A DNA stretch of 64,000 bases from Eledone cirrhosa (taxonomy: Eukaryota), in the NCBI GenBank assembly GCA_964016885.1, contig OZ024741.1:409262001-409326000 (forward strand). The letters run 5' to 3'. The position numbers were made by a program, and so were the translations under genes. This document shows positions 16,026 through 28,535 of the stretch, piece after piece (the first letter of the stretch is position 1; the number at the start of each line of letters is the position of its first letter). The notes beneath the pieces were generated by a model that made no database searches, was not told where the DNA came from, and saw only the letters and a program-made list of their open reading frames with translations.

Positions 16026-16278
16026 AAATTAACATGTATCGTCCTGTACCACATGAAACCACATTAACATGTATCGTCCTGTACCATATGAAGCCACATT
16101 AACACGTATCATCCTGTACCACATGAAACTACATTAACATGTATTGTCCTGTACCACATGAAGCCACATTAACATGTATTGCCCTGTACCACATGAAACC
16201 ACATTAACATGTATCGTCCTGTACCACATGAAGCCACGTTAATATGTATCATCCTGTACCACATGAAACCACATTAAC
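16026..16278. repeat. 35-bp minisatellite, about 7 copies (ACATTAACATGTATCGTCCTGTACCACATGAAACC)
   Basis: Directly visible tandem copies. Confidence 0.95.
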
Positions 16279-16515
16279 TAGACATTATTAAGAAGTAAAA
16301 AACCCATTATAAGCACGCTACATGAAAAATTGAAGTCTTCTCTAATACTGCAAATGTTCACAACAATCTGTCCACTAGTAAAGATACTATAAACATTTGG
16401 ATTGAAGGACTCTGTTTTTAGATATTTTCTGCTAAATCATTACAGGATGTTAAGAAACAATTAACAACAAAACACGAAACATGTATGTATATAGATGATG
16501 TATACAAGTACGCCT

Positions 16516-17290
16516 ATCATCATCATCATCATCATCATCATACGTCTGCTTTTCCCTGCTTGCAAGGGTGGGATGGGTCTTATTCAGCACAGCATCTCTC
16601 CACTCGTCACGGTCCCTCGTCATCTCCACCGTGAGCTTCAATGATCTGAGGTCTGTTCTCACCACCTCCGCCCATGTTTTTCGTGGTCTACCTCTACCAC
16701 GTCTTCCTTCAACTGGCAATTCCTGGCACTTCTTCACCCATCGGTCATCCTCTATGTGCATCACATGTCCATACCACCTCAGCCTCCTCTCCCGTACACT
16801 ACATTCTATCCCTCTCAGACACAGTTTCTCTCTCAACACATTTATGCTGGGTCGTTCACGCACATTTACACTGCACATCCAACGGAGCATGCTTGCCTCA
16901 TTTCTCTCCAGCCGTCGCATATCTTCTGCGGTAGCTGCCCATGTCTCACTACCATGCAGCATCGCGCTCCTCACACAGGCATCATACAACCGGCCTTTCG
17001 TACGCAGGGAGAAACCCTTCTTCGTCAACAGAGGAAGCAGCTCCCTAAACTTCTTCCAACCCGTCCTTATTCTAGATACTATGGCCTCGGAACACCCTCC
17101 TCCCATGCTAATCTGATCTCCTAGGTACCGGAAGCTATCCACCACTTCTATAGCGCCCTCTCGCATTTGAAAAATGTGTCTATCAGTGCGACTTCTACTG
17201 TCTAATTTCCCTGTACATCTACTGCATACATATTTCTCCCTACCTGTTAGTTTGCCTGCTATCCCGCTACATCTCTTGTGTACCCAGGAC
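16516..17290 (-). mobile_element. RTE-clade LINE, 3' fragment with (GAT)n tail
   Basis: ORF 16450-17166 has RTE C-terminal motifs FRYLG, HGSETW, RRLRWYGHV, GRGRPRKTW; microsatellite tail. Confidence 0.92.
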
Positions 17291-18011
17291 CTACATAAAC
17301 CTATATAAACCTATATAAACCTATATAAACCTACATAAACCTATATAAACAAAAATTTATATATATATATAAACAAAAATTTATATATATATATAAACAA
17401 AAATTTATATATATATATATATGAAATATATATATATATATATACAGCTGTTTTGGTTCTACAAATACTTTGTGACTATTCAACAAATATATTATTTTTA
17501 GTATAATTGACATCACATGTTTAAAGTCAACACTCTAATTCTGCAAATGATCTGTTCACTAGTAAAAATACTATAAATATTTGAGTTAAGAAACCATATG
17601 AAGCAGAACTAACAAGACACTCATACAAAACAGCATTGTTACTACATTACATAAAACATTACAGACTTTACTCTAATACTGTACATTTTCACAACAATCT
17701 GTTCATTACTAAAGATATTAGAAACATTTGAATTAACAAACCCATTATATAAATATATTTTCTGCTAAATCCTTATAGGACGTTAAGACCCAATTATCAA
17801 CAGTATATATTAGTTTTAGTATAATTGACTAAATCACATGGAAAATTAAAGTCTTTAATACTGTAAAGTGCAAAATCTCTGAAACAATTGTCGACTATTT
17901 TCTCTCAGCTACCACTAGAACAAAAGGATGATGCCAGTCATCTAGAAAATACACGTGGTGATATGAGGCTGTTTGCTTGCAAACGAACCGAATATTGATA
18001 ATATTATTTAC

Positions 18012-18322
18012 GGTGGATTGGCAGTATTGGTAGAGGGTCGGACACCATGGGTGGTGGATTGGCAGTATCGGTAGAGGGTCGGACACCATGGGTGGTGGAT
18101 TGGCAGTATCGGTAGAGGGTCGGACACCATGGGTGGTGGATTGGCAGTATTGGTAGAGGGTCGGACACCATGCTTTGATGCATAGAGTTACGGCCCTTGC
18201 CATTCCGAGTTCAAATCCCGCCGAAGTTAACTTTGCCTTTCATCCTTACAGGGTCGATAAAATAAAGTACCAGTAATGTACTGGGATAATTGTTGGCCTT
18301 GTGCTAAAAGTAGAAACAATTA
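18012..18322 (+). mobile_element. SINE family A copy with its 41-bp head repeated four times
   Basis: Head TGGCAGTATCGGTAGAG x4, B-box-like GAGTTCAAATCCC, central GCCTTTCATCCTTAC.GGGTCGATAAAATAAAGTACCAG shared with at least 7 other copies in the window. Confidence 0.88.
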
Positions 18323-18726
18323 TCTAATATTATTGTTATTCACTTTTGAATACATTTAAGTATCCACCATGTTAGAGCGAAAACAAATTTTGTTTGTAAT
18401 TTTTGGCAAACACACATATATACAGAAACATATATATATACACACACACACACATACACACACACACACATATATATATATGAGCAAGACAACCAATCTT
18501 GCCTCACGTGGGACAATTCCCATCTAAACCCATACTAGCGTGGAAGATAGACGTTAAATGATGATGATGATGATGATGATATATATATATACACACATAT
18601 ATATATGTGTATATATACATATGAGAGAGAGAGATGTCAACAGTTTCCATGTAATATATATACAATAAGTGACAACTACAAAAAAACTGCAATAAAAAAC
18701 AAAAACGACATAAATAACAAGAAAAC

Positions 18727-19490
18727 TCTTGTTGTTATTTCTTCAGGTTGACCAGTGGTCAGTGGTTGATAGAACTGTTGTTGTTGTTTAGGTTGACCAG
18801 TGGTCAGTGGTTGATAGAACTGTTGTTGTTGTTTAGGTTGACCAGTGGTCAGTGGTTGATAGAACTGTTGTTGTTGTTTAGGTTGACCAGTGGTCAGTGG
18901 TTGATAGAACTGTTGTTGTTGTTTAGGTTGACCAGTGGTCAGTGGTTGATAGAACTGTTGTTGTTGTTTAGGTTGACCAGTGGTCAGTGGTTGATAGAAC
19001 TGTTGTTGTTGTTTAGGTTGACCAGTGGTCAGTGGTTGATAGAACTGTTGTTGTTGTTTAGGTTGACCAGTGGTCAGTGGTTGATAGAACTGTTGTTGTT
19101 GTTTAGGTTGACCAGTGGTCAGTGGTTGATAGAACTGTTGTTGTTGTTTAGGTTGACCAGTGGTCAGTGGTTGATAGAACTGTTGTTGTTGTTTAGGTTG
19201 ACCAGTGGTCAGTGGTTGATAGAACTGTTGTTGTTGTTTAGGTTGACCAGTGGTCAGTGGTTGATAGAACTGTTGTTGTTGTTTAGGTTGACCAGTGGTC
19301 AGTGGTTGATAGAACTGTTGTTGTTGTTTAGGTTGACCAGTGGTCAGTGGTTGATAGAACTGTTGTTGTTGTTTAGGTTGACCAGTGGTCAGTGGTTGAT
19401 AGAACTGTTGTTGTTGTTTAGGTTGACCAGTGGTCAGTGGTTGATAGAACTGTTGTTGTTGTTTAGGTTGACCAGTGGTCAGTGGTTGAT
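18727..19490. repeat. Essentially perfect 45-bp minisatellite, about 17 copies
   Basis: GTTGACCAGTGGTCAGTGGTTGATAGAACTGTTGTTGTTGTTTAG in tandem. Confidence 0.98.
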
Positions 19491-19668
19491 TGGAACTCTG
19501 AAATCCCATCTTATGTCCTAAGTTGGTGAATCTCTAACACACTGTAAATGGAATGGTACCAAGGTCGTCATCTAGTAGACATTTCTTATGGATGTTAATC
19601 TACAGAGTGGTCAGAAGATGGTAGAATTATCACAGAAACAACTTTGTATCGAGTTCTCTCACACTTTG
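19467..19668 (+). pseudogene. Candidate decayed exon of an unidentified gene
   Basis: TTTAG acceptor and G/GTAAGA donor; phase-0 reading is protein-like but has 3 stops; phase-compatible with 21502-21560. Confidence 0.3.
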
Positions 19669-19673
19669 GTAAG

Positions 19674-19880
19674 AGGACGGCAAGGCAGACGCGCTGGAAA
19701 AGTCATTCCAGCTAGCGAGGCTCACACCTGCAACTAGCCAGCTCAGCGCCTATGGTGGTAAGTAGGGAGGTAGCCCTAGGGCTGAAGACACCAGAAGTCT
19801 CCACTGCTAGGGGTACGACCGCAAACCTGTTGGAGAGCGACCGGTACTTGGAGAGTTTGGCCTCCTCTGCCCGACATGCA
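19674..19880 (-). mobile_element. Fragment of a CRE-like (restriction-like endonuclease) non-LTR retrotransposon
   Basis: AEEAKLSKY..VVPLAVETSGVF..EPR*LE*LFQRVCLAVL fits the KxxKY..PxAxETxG..FQRxxxA C-terminal pattern of CRE elements. Confidence 0.7.
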
Positions 19881-19948
19881 GAATAAGTTGTCTTAGAATT
19901 ACATTCTTTTTTACATCCACCAACACCACAGAATATATATATATATAT

Positions 19949-20284
19949 GGAGGCACATGGCTTAGTGGTTAGAGCATTGGGCTTGCAATCGAAAGGTTGT
20001 GAGTTCAATTCTCAGACCGAGTGATGTGTTGTTTCCTTGAGCAAGACACTTTATTTCACATTGCTCCAGTTTACTCAGCTGTAGAAATGAGATGATGGGG
20101 ACTGGGGTCCCTATCATTCCACTGCAAAGTGGTCATGGAGGTGCCACAGCAAAAAAGCACCCAGCACTCACTGTAAATGAGGTTGGTGTTAGGAAGGGCA
20201 TCCAGCTGTAGAAATCAAGCCAGAATCAGTTCCCGTCCCACCCTTGCAAGCAGGGAAAAGCGGACGTAAAATGATGATGATGAT
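19949..20284 (+). mobile_element. tRNA-derived SINE family B with RTE-type 3' tail
   Basis: A box TGGCTTAGTGG, B box GAGTTCAATTC; 3' end CCCTTGCAAGCAGGGAAAAGCGGACGT..(TGA)n matches the RTE end at 16516-16570. Confidence 0.9.
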
Positions 20285-20291
20285 ATATATA

Positions 20292-20322
<31 letters not shown>

Positions 20323-20550
20323 AAAGGTAAACAGAAATAACAGAAATAACAACACAAATGGCACAGTACATGGAAGGAATATATTAGTTCAATGCTTGAG
20401 ACAGCAGGAAGATGGTCTTAACACATGTCTTCCTCAACACATGACTGAGCCATCTCACTCTATTTCTCATCACAACATTCACCACTAGTTCTATTCCCAT
20501 CATCCTCTGCTGTTCATTGTTTATCTCCCTCTCTCTCTCTTTCTATATAT

Positions 20551-20957
20551 ATCATCATCATCATCACCATCAACATCACCATTTTACGTCCGTTCTTCCA
20601 CGCTAGCATGGGTTAGACGGGTTGTCCTGTTGTGGGCAATGTCCAGTCGGCTGATCTTGTCTTACTCATACAGGAACTGATTCTGGCTTGATTTCTACAG
20701 CTGGATGCCCTTCCTAACACCAACCTCATTTACAGTGAGTGCTGGGTGCTTTTTTGCCGTGGCACCTACACGTCCACTTTGCAGTGGAATGATAGGGGCC
20801 CCAGTCCCTATCTCATTTCTACAGCTGAGTAAACTGGAGCAATGTGAAATAAAGTGTTGTGCTCAAGGAAACAACACATCACCCGGTCTGAGAATTGAAC
20901 TCACAACCTTTCGATTGCAAGCCCAATGCTCTAACCACTAAGCCATGTACCTCCACC
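20551..20957 (-). mobile_element. SINE family B, inverted relative to 19949-20284
   Basis: Near-identical reverse complement of head and body; (CAT)n tail. Confidence 0.9.
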
Positions 20958-21501
20958 ATATATATATGCCTATCTCTCTCTCAGCAATATTCTGCTTATC
21001 TACCAAACCATTGTCATTTCCATCCTTTCCAGCCTTCTTTTCTGCTCCATATACATCATAAAATTTTGGTGGAAGGATTTTAGATAAATACAAACACTTT
21101 AGATGGTAAGAACTCTCAGGAGAGGTGGCCAGCAGAAGGTCTTCAGAGAAGAAACCCCTCTTAAGGGAGTGTTTTAGCCCTGAATATAACTTCCCCTATA
21201 TTAAACTGGTGTTTGGAACATAACTTAACAACGGTTCTCCCATAAAATTATAGTGGAAGGATTTTAGATAAATATAAACAATTTTAAAACAAACAGCTTT
21301 ATAACTAATCAATTCTGTGGTTTAGTAACTGTGATTAATTGTTAACTGTTAAAGTTCATATCTTAATGTTATACTTCCTATAAAACTGTTATAATTTCTA
21401 TAAAACTGTTACAGATTCTATAAAACTGTCATACTTTCTATATTATATCGTCATACTTTCTATAAAATGATCTGAGTTACATAAATATCTTTTCTTTTCA
21501 G

Positions 21502-21560
21502 GTGGTCGACTGAATTCCAGACAACAAGATGAAATACCAACTTACAGAATAGTTAACTAA
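21502..21560 (+). pseudogene. Candidate terminal exon (GRLNSRQQDEIPTYRIVN*)
   Basis: Strong acceptor TCTTTTCTTTTCAG/G; phase 1 open to TAA. Confidence 0.3.
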
Positions 21561-22210
21561 CTAACTAGACTAATAGTTAACTAACCAACCTACAGAATAG
21601 TTAATTAACCAAGTAGACTAATAGTTAACTAACCAGCTAGACTAATAGTTAACTAACTAACTAGACTAATAGTTAACTGACCAGCTAGATTAATAGTTAA
21701 CTAACCAGCTAGACTAATAGTTAACTAACCAACTAGACTAATAATTAACTAACTAACTAGACTAATAGTTAACTAACCAACTAGACTAATAGTTAACTAA
21801 CCAACTAGACTAATAGTTAACTAACTAACTAGACTAATAGTTAACTAACCAACTAGACTAATAGTTAATTAACCAACTAGCTACATAGTTAACTAACTAA
21901 CTAGACTAATAGTTAACTAACCAACTAGACTAATAGTTAACTAACCAACTAGACTATTAGTTAGCTAACCAACTAGCTACATAGTTAACTAACCAACTAG
22001 ACTAATATTTAACTAACCAACTAGCTACAGAGTTAACTAACTAACTAGACTAATATTTAACTAAGTAGACTAATAGTTAACTAACCAACTAGTTTGATAG
22101 TCAACTAATTAACTAGCTGACTAGAATAGTGGTTAATTAACCAAAGAGCAGAACTATTACTTAACCAACTAGCTGAAAAGTTAACTAAATTATACAACTA
22201 ATTAACAGAC
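21545..22210. repeat. 24-bp minisatellite (CTAGACTAATAGTTAACTAACCAA), degenerating at its 3' end
   Basis: Directly visible; palindromic core TAGTTAACTA. Confidence 0.95.
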
Positions 22211-22309
22211 TAGCAAAGGTTTTAACCTATTTTACTTTCCAAAAATTGTTAACTAACTGGCTGAACAGTAATTTTTCCAAAAGTTGACATTCCATCACTT
22301 ATGATCACG

Positions 22310-23177
22310 ATCATCATCATCGTTTAACATCCATCTTCCATGCTAGCATGGGTTTAGATGGGAATTGTCCGACTTAAGGCAAGATTAGTTGTCTTGCTCG
22401 TGTAGGACTGTCTGGCAGTTTTCTACGGCTGGATGCCCTTCCTAACACCAACCACATTTACAGTGTGGACTGGGAGGTTTTTACCGTGTTACCTACACGA
22501 CCACATTATAGCGTAGAGTGTGTGTTTTTTGTTGACACCTACACGACCTCATTAGTTAGGACTGGATGTTGTGGTACCAACATAACTTTACAGAGAAAGG
22601 GATGGTGTTGGTGGGGGAGTTGGGGTAGTGGGATGGGGTGTATATTTGGTTAAGAGGTGCCTATTGACTGTAGGTTTCGCTTTGTACATAGGCAAGGCGG
22701 GTCTTCTGTATAACTGTGTAGCGCCAAAGATCTCGGTCCAGTGACATTGTCGTGGAGAGGTGTAAGTGTGTAAGGTTGGAATTTATCAAGTCATCCCAGG
22801 TTTTTCTGGGTCTGCCTACTCTGTAGCTACCGTCTATGTTGATCACCCTGCACTTTTTTATACAGCTGTCGTCTTTCATGCGCATCACGTGACCATACCA
22901 ACGTAGTCTTCTCTCGAGTAAACAGCATCTGATCCCTCTTATTCCAAATTTCTCACTTAGTTCATTTATGCTTTGCCGTTCAAGTATATTACTATTACAC
23001 ATCCAACGGAGCATGCAAGCTTCGTTCCTCTCCAGTCTGCGCAGATCCTCTGCACACAATGCCCATGTCTCACTGCCATATAACATTGGTGTTCATATGT
23101 AGGCATCATACAATCTGCCTTTCATTTTTAGAGAGAAACCTTTAGCGACCAATAGTGGTATAAGCTCTCTGAACTTT
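22310..23177 (-). mobile_element. RTE LINE 3' fragment with 3' UTR
   Basis: ORF 22661-23086 (YGSETW, RLRWYGHV, GRPRKTW); closely similar to 31290-32020. Confidence 0.92.
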
Positions 23178-23180
23178 ATA

Positions 23181-23223
<43 letters not shown>

Positions 23224-23456
23224 AGTCAACACTGTAAAGTGATTGTGTTGGTGCCATGACAAAAAGCAAAGCACCAGACTCTGCAAATGTGGTTCATGCT
23301 AGGAAGGGCATCCTGCCATAGAAACCAAGCCCAAACCAGTTGTATATGAGGCAAGTGATTCGACCTGGTTAATCTCACAACGGGGCAACTTGTCTAATCC
23401 ATGCTAGCATGGAAAATGGACGTTAAACAGTGATGATGCTGATATATATATATGTA

Positions 23457-24900
23457 TATTGGTGGGCTCTTAGAAAACTAGGAGTAGATGAATGGCTTGT
23501 GAAAGCTGTACAAGCCATGTATAGGGGAGCAGTCAGCAAAGTTAGGATTAGCAACGAGTATAGCAAGGAATTTAGCGTACAGGTCGGTGTCCACCAGGGC
23601 TCTGTTCTTAGCCCTCTCATGTTTATCGTAGTCCTGCAGGCAATAACGGAGGAGTTTAAGACCGGATACCCATGGGAACTCCTGTATACAGATGACCTCG
23701 CACTTATAGCTGAATCTATGGTAGAACTAGAGAAGAAATTCCAAACTTGGAATCAGGGACTAGAAAGAAAGGGTCCCAAAGTCAACCTGACAAAGACTAA
23801 GGTCCTTGTAAGTAGTCGAGAAAACAGAACCCAGATCCCCTCAGGGAAATGGTCTTGCTCAGTATGTAGGAAAGGTGTAGGTAGGAACTCCATTCTCTTC
23901 CCCAAATGCAAACAATGGGTACACAAGAGATGTAGCGGGATCCCAGGAAGCTTAACTAAGAATGTAGGCTTCACATATAGCAGCTGTGCTGAAACAGCAA
24001 GCAGCAAACAGCCACAGGAAACAAGTACCACCAAACTCTGGGAGGGCTCTGTAGAAACAGTAGACAGCTTCTGCTACCTAGGTGACCGAATTAGCAGCGG
24101 AGGTGGGTGTTCAGAAAGTACAATAACTAGGGTAAGAACGGGATGGAAGAAGTTTAGGGAACTACTGCCACTGCTAGCTGCAAAAGGCTTCTCCCTCAAA
24201 ATGAAAGGCAGACTGTATGATGCGTGTATCCGAACAGCAATGTTACATGGTAGTGAGACCTGGGCGCTGTCTGTGGAAGACTTGCGTAGATTAGAGAGAA
24301 ACGAAGCCTGCATGCTCCGATAGATGTGTAACAGTAATATACGCGAATGGCAAAGCATAAATGAATTGAGAGAGAGACTGAGTATGAGAGGAATCAAATG
24401 CTGTGTGCAGGAGAGGCGGTTGCGTTGGAATGGACATGTGATGCGTATGGAGGATGACAGCTGTATAAAAAGGTGCAGAGCACTATAAGTCGATGAAAAC
24501 TGCGGAGTGGGGAGACCCAAGAAGGCCTGGGATGAGGTGATAAAAGCCGACCTTACCCAATTACACCTCAGTAATACAGAAAATCCGACTCCCCATGGGT
24601 ACAAGCTGAAGCATATAGACAATATGCCCCCACACCCTCCCACTGCAAAGTGGTCGTGGAGGTGCCACGGCAAAAAAGCATCCAGCCCACACTGTAAAGT
24701 GGACGTGTAGGCACCACGGAAAAAAGCACCCAGCACTCACTGTAAATGAGGTTGGTGTTAGGAAGGGCATCCAGCTGCAGAAATCAAGCCAGAATCAGTT
24801 CCCGTATGAGCAAGACAAGGTCAGCCGACACTGCCCACAACAGGACAACCCGTCTAACCCATGCTAGCATGGAAGAACGGACGTAAAACCATGATGATGA
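23457..24900 (+). mobile_element. RTE LINE, 5'-truncated and decayed (RT C-half, PHD-like finger, C-terminal domain, 3' UTR)
   Basis: GVHQGSVLSP, YTDDL (from YADD), FCYLG; premature stops; (TGA)n tail. Confidence 0.93.
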
Positions 24901-25132
24901 TATAGTTAATTGCTACCTTAGGTTTCACAGCTTGCTCCTGTATAGACCATATAAATTCTATTATGGTCTAATTAAGGACTGCTTTTCTTAAGGCAAGTAT
25001 TAATCTACAACTAAGTCTGTTGTGAAAGTCTTGTTTATGGTCTTTCAATGTGATATAGGCATTACGTTTAGATTTCAGTTCTCTTATCTCCCTTTAAGGT
25101 TCTAAGTGATATCTTTAGCTTAATTGTTGATA

Positions 25133-25305
25133 CGGTAGAGGGTCGGACGTCATGCTTTGACGCATAGAATTACGGCCCTTTCCATTCTGAGTTCAAATCC
25201 CGCCGAGGTCAACTTTGCCTTTCATCCTTACGGGGTCGATAAAATAAAGTACCAGTAATGTACTGGGTAATTGCTGGCCTTGTGCCAAAAGTAGAAACAA
25301 TTATT
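25133..25305 (+). mobile_element. SINE family A
   Basis: Matches 18135-18322; a further degenerate copy lies at about 25750-25925. Confidence 0.88.
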
Positions 25306-26029
25306 ATAGCTACTGGTTTTAGCTTTGTGGTATACACACACACACATATATATATATATATATGTTGCTATGTATTGAGTACCTTATTTACTGTGGTTAC
25401 CTCCGATTGAACCCGGAATAACATATATATATATATAAATATACATATATACATATATGATATAACTGCTTTGACAAACACCGAATTCTAGATGCTGTAC
25501 ACTGATCCAAAGTCTTCCTAACCAGGGAGTAATTTTGAGATGAGTTTCAAAATTAAGCGTTTCTTATTGTTGTGACCGCCATTTTGGGCATTTCTATAAT
25601 TCCAAATGCTCAGTTGACAGTTCATAACATGAAGATGATGCTTCAAGCCACCTTTTCATCTTTCACACACACTTCAAGATGGCTACTTAGGAATAAATAT
25701 AAAGGTCTTCTTTTTTCCTAAATCTAATTTTGATTATTAGACATTTTAAGGGTGGTAGATAGTCTGAATCAGTAGAGCGTTGGACAGCATGTTTTGCTGC
25801 ATAGAGTTATGTCCCTTTACATTGTGAGTTCAAACCCGGGTGAGATTAACTTTCATCTTTACAGGGGAGATAAAATAAAGTACCAGTAACACACTGGGGT
25901 TGATTAAATTTGTGTCTAAAATTATAAATGATGGTTTCTATTAGTAATGTAACATTTATCATCCACTAACATCCTCCAAGACTAATTCTATAACAAAATA
26001 CTGTCAACTGATCCATTATTGATGTATGC

Positions 26030-28535
26030 CTTCTTCCTCTTCTTCTTCTTCTTCTTTTTCTTTTTCTTCTTCTTCTTCTCCCACTTATTCCTCCAAACAA
26101 TTCCTCCAGCCGGTCCTGCTGTCTCCAACTGATCCAGCTGGATCCCCAAGTGAGACCAGCCAAGCTCATTGATGTAATCCAACCATCTTGCTTGGGGTCT
26201 ACTCCTGGGTCTCCTGTCAGTTGGTTTTGCCAATAAAATCTGTCCAGCAATTCTTTCCTGAGACATTCTAACCACATGTCTGTAGTGTCAGAGCTGTGGT
26301 CTCTCAATTCAGAGATTCTTTCCTGAGACATTCTAACCACATGTCTGTAGTATCAGAGCTGTGATCTCTTAATCCAGAGATTCTTTCCTGAGACATTCTA
26401 ACCACATGTCTGTAGTATCAGAGCTGTGATCTCTCAATTCAGAGATTCTTTCCTGAGACATTCTAACCACATGTCTGTAGTGTCAGAGCTGTGATCTCTC
26501 AATTCAGAGATTCTTTCCTGAGACATTCTAACCACATGTCTGTAGTATCAGAGCTGTGATCTCTTAATCCAGAGATTCTTTCCTGAGACATTCTAACCAC
26601 ATGTCTGTAGTATCAGAGCTGTGATCTCTTAATCCAGAGATTCTTTCCTGAGACATTCTAACCACATGTCTGTAGTATCAGAGCTGTGATCTCTCAATTC
26701 AGAGATTCTTTCCTGAGACATTCTAACCACATGTCTGTAGTATCAGAGCTGTGATCTCTTAATCCAGAGATTCTTTCCTGAGACATTCTAACCACATGTC
26801 TGTAGTATCAGAGCTGTGATCTCTCAATTCAGAGATTCTTTCCTGAGACATTCTAACCACATGTCTGTAGTATCAGAGCTGTGATCTCTCAATTCAGAGA
26901 TTCTTTCCTGAGACATTCTAACCACATGTCTGTAGTGTCAGAGCTGTGATCTCTCAATTCAGAGATTCTTTCCTGAGACATTCTAACCACATGTCTGTAG
27001 TATCAGAGCTGTGATCTCTTAATCCAGAGATTCTTTCCTGAGACATTCTAACCACATGTCTGTAGTATCAGAGCTGTGATCTCTCAATTCAGAGATTCTA
27101 TCCTGAGACATTCTAACCACATGTCTGTAGTATCAGAGCTGTGATCTCTCAATTCAGAGATTCTTTCCTGAGACATTCTAACCACATGTCTGTAGTATCA
27201 GAGCTGTGATCTCTTAATCCAGAGATTCTTTCCTGAGACATTCTAACCACATGTCTGTAGTATCAGAGCTGTGATCTCTCAATTCAGAGATTCTTTCCTG
27301 AGACATTCTAACCACATGTCTGTAGTATCAGAGCTGTGATCTCTCAATTCAGAGATTCTTTCCTGAGACATTCTAACCACATGTCTGTAGTGTCAGAGCT
27401 GTGATCTCTCAATTCAGAGATTCTTTCCTGAGACATTCTAACCACATGTCTGTAGTATCAGAGCTGTGATCTCTTAATCCAGAGATTCTTTCCTGAGACA
27501 TTCTAACCACATGTCTGTAGTATCAGAGCTGTGATCTCTCAATTCAGAGATTCTTTCCTGAGACATTCTAACCACATGTCTGTAGTATCAGAGCTGTGAT
27601 CTCTCAATTCAGAGATTCTTTCCTGAGACATTCTAACCACATGTCTGTAGTATCAGAGCTGTGATCTCTCAATTCAGAGATTCTTTCCTGAGACATTCTA
27701 ACCACATGTCTGTAGTATCAGAGCTGTGATCTCTCAATTCAGAGATTCTTTCCTGAGACATTCTAACCACATGTCTGTAGTGTCAGAGCTGTGATCTCTC
27801 AATTCAGAGATTCTTTCCTGAGACATTCTAACCACATGTCTGTAGTATCAGAGCTGTGATCTCTCAATTCGGAGATTCTTTCCTGAGACATTCTAACCAC
27901 ATGTCTGTAGTATCAGAGCTGTGATCTCTCAATTCAGAGATTCTTTCCTGAGACATTCTAACCACATGTCTGTAGTATCAGAGCTGTGATCTCTCAATTC
28001 AGAGATTCTTTCCTGAGATATTCTAACCACATGTCTGTAGTGTCAGAGCTGTGATCTCTCAATTCAGAGATTCTTTCCTGAGACATTCTAACCACATGTC
28101 TGTAGTATCAGAGCTGTGATCTCTCAATTCAGAGATTCTTTCCTGAGACATTCTAACCACATGTCTGTAGTATCAGAGCTGTGATCTCTCAATTCAGAGA
28201 TTCTTTCCTGAGACATTCTAACCACATGTCTGTAGTATCAGAGCTGTGATCTCTCAATTCAGAGATTCTTTCCTGAGACATTCTAACCACATGTCTGTAG
28301 TATCAGAGCTGTGATCTCTCAATTCAGAGATTCTTTCCTGAGACATTCTAACCACATGTCTGTAGTGTCAGAGCTGTGATCTCTCAATTCAGAGATTCTT
28401 TCCTGAGACATTCTAACCACATGTCTGTAGTATCAGAGCTGTGATCTCTCAATTCGGAGAAGTAGCAGCTCTACCTGGAGTGACTCTCATTTCCGAGCTT
28501 CGTACCCTATCAAGTAACGTTACTCCAAACACTTT
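26030..28535 (-). mobile_element. Rex3/Expander-like RTE 3' fragment with internal tandem expansion and (GAA)n tail
   Basis: LLRIERSQL..HVVRMSQERIAGQILLAKPTDRRPRSRPQARWLDYI; homologous to 37236-37790 and 57130-57730. Confidence 0.85.
26250..28458. repeat. 65-bp minisatellite, about 34 copies, derived from LINE coding sequence
   Basis: Unit AGAGATTCTTTCCTGAGACATTCTAACCACATGTCTGTAGTATCAGAGCTGTGATCTCTCAATTC; single-copy counterpart at about 37450-37505. Confidence 0.98.

Noticed and set aside
17960-18005. Short similarity to 60810-60850 (inverted) suggesting paralogous exons
   Set aside because: Only about 30 AT-rich bp with several mismatches and no consistent reading frame
18676-19509. Gliadin-like QPKQQQQFYQP repeat protein on the minus strand
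   Set aside because: Translation of a perfect 45-bp DNA repeat with no synonymous variation and no ATG-supported context
19467-19668. Stop-codon readthrough or selenoprotein exon
   Set aside because: Two of the three in-frame stops are TAA, and no SECIS was recognised
19949-20025. tRNA gene
   Set aside because: tRNA-like head continues into a repeated SINE body with a LINE-derived tail
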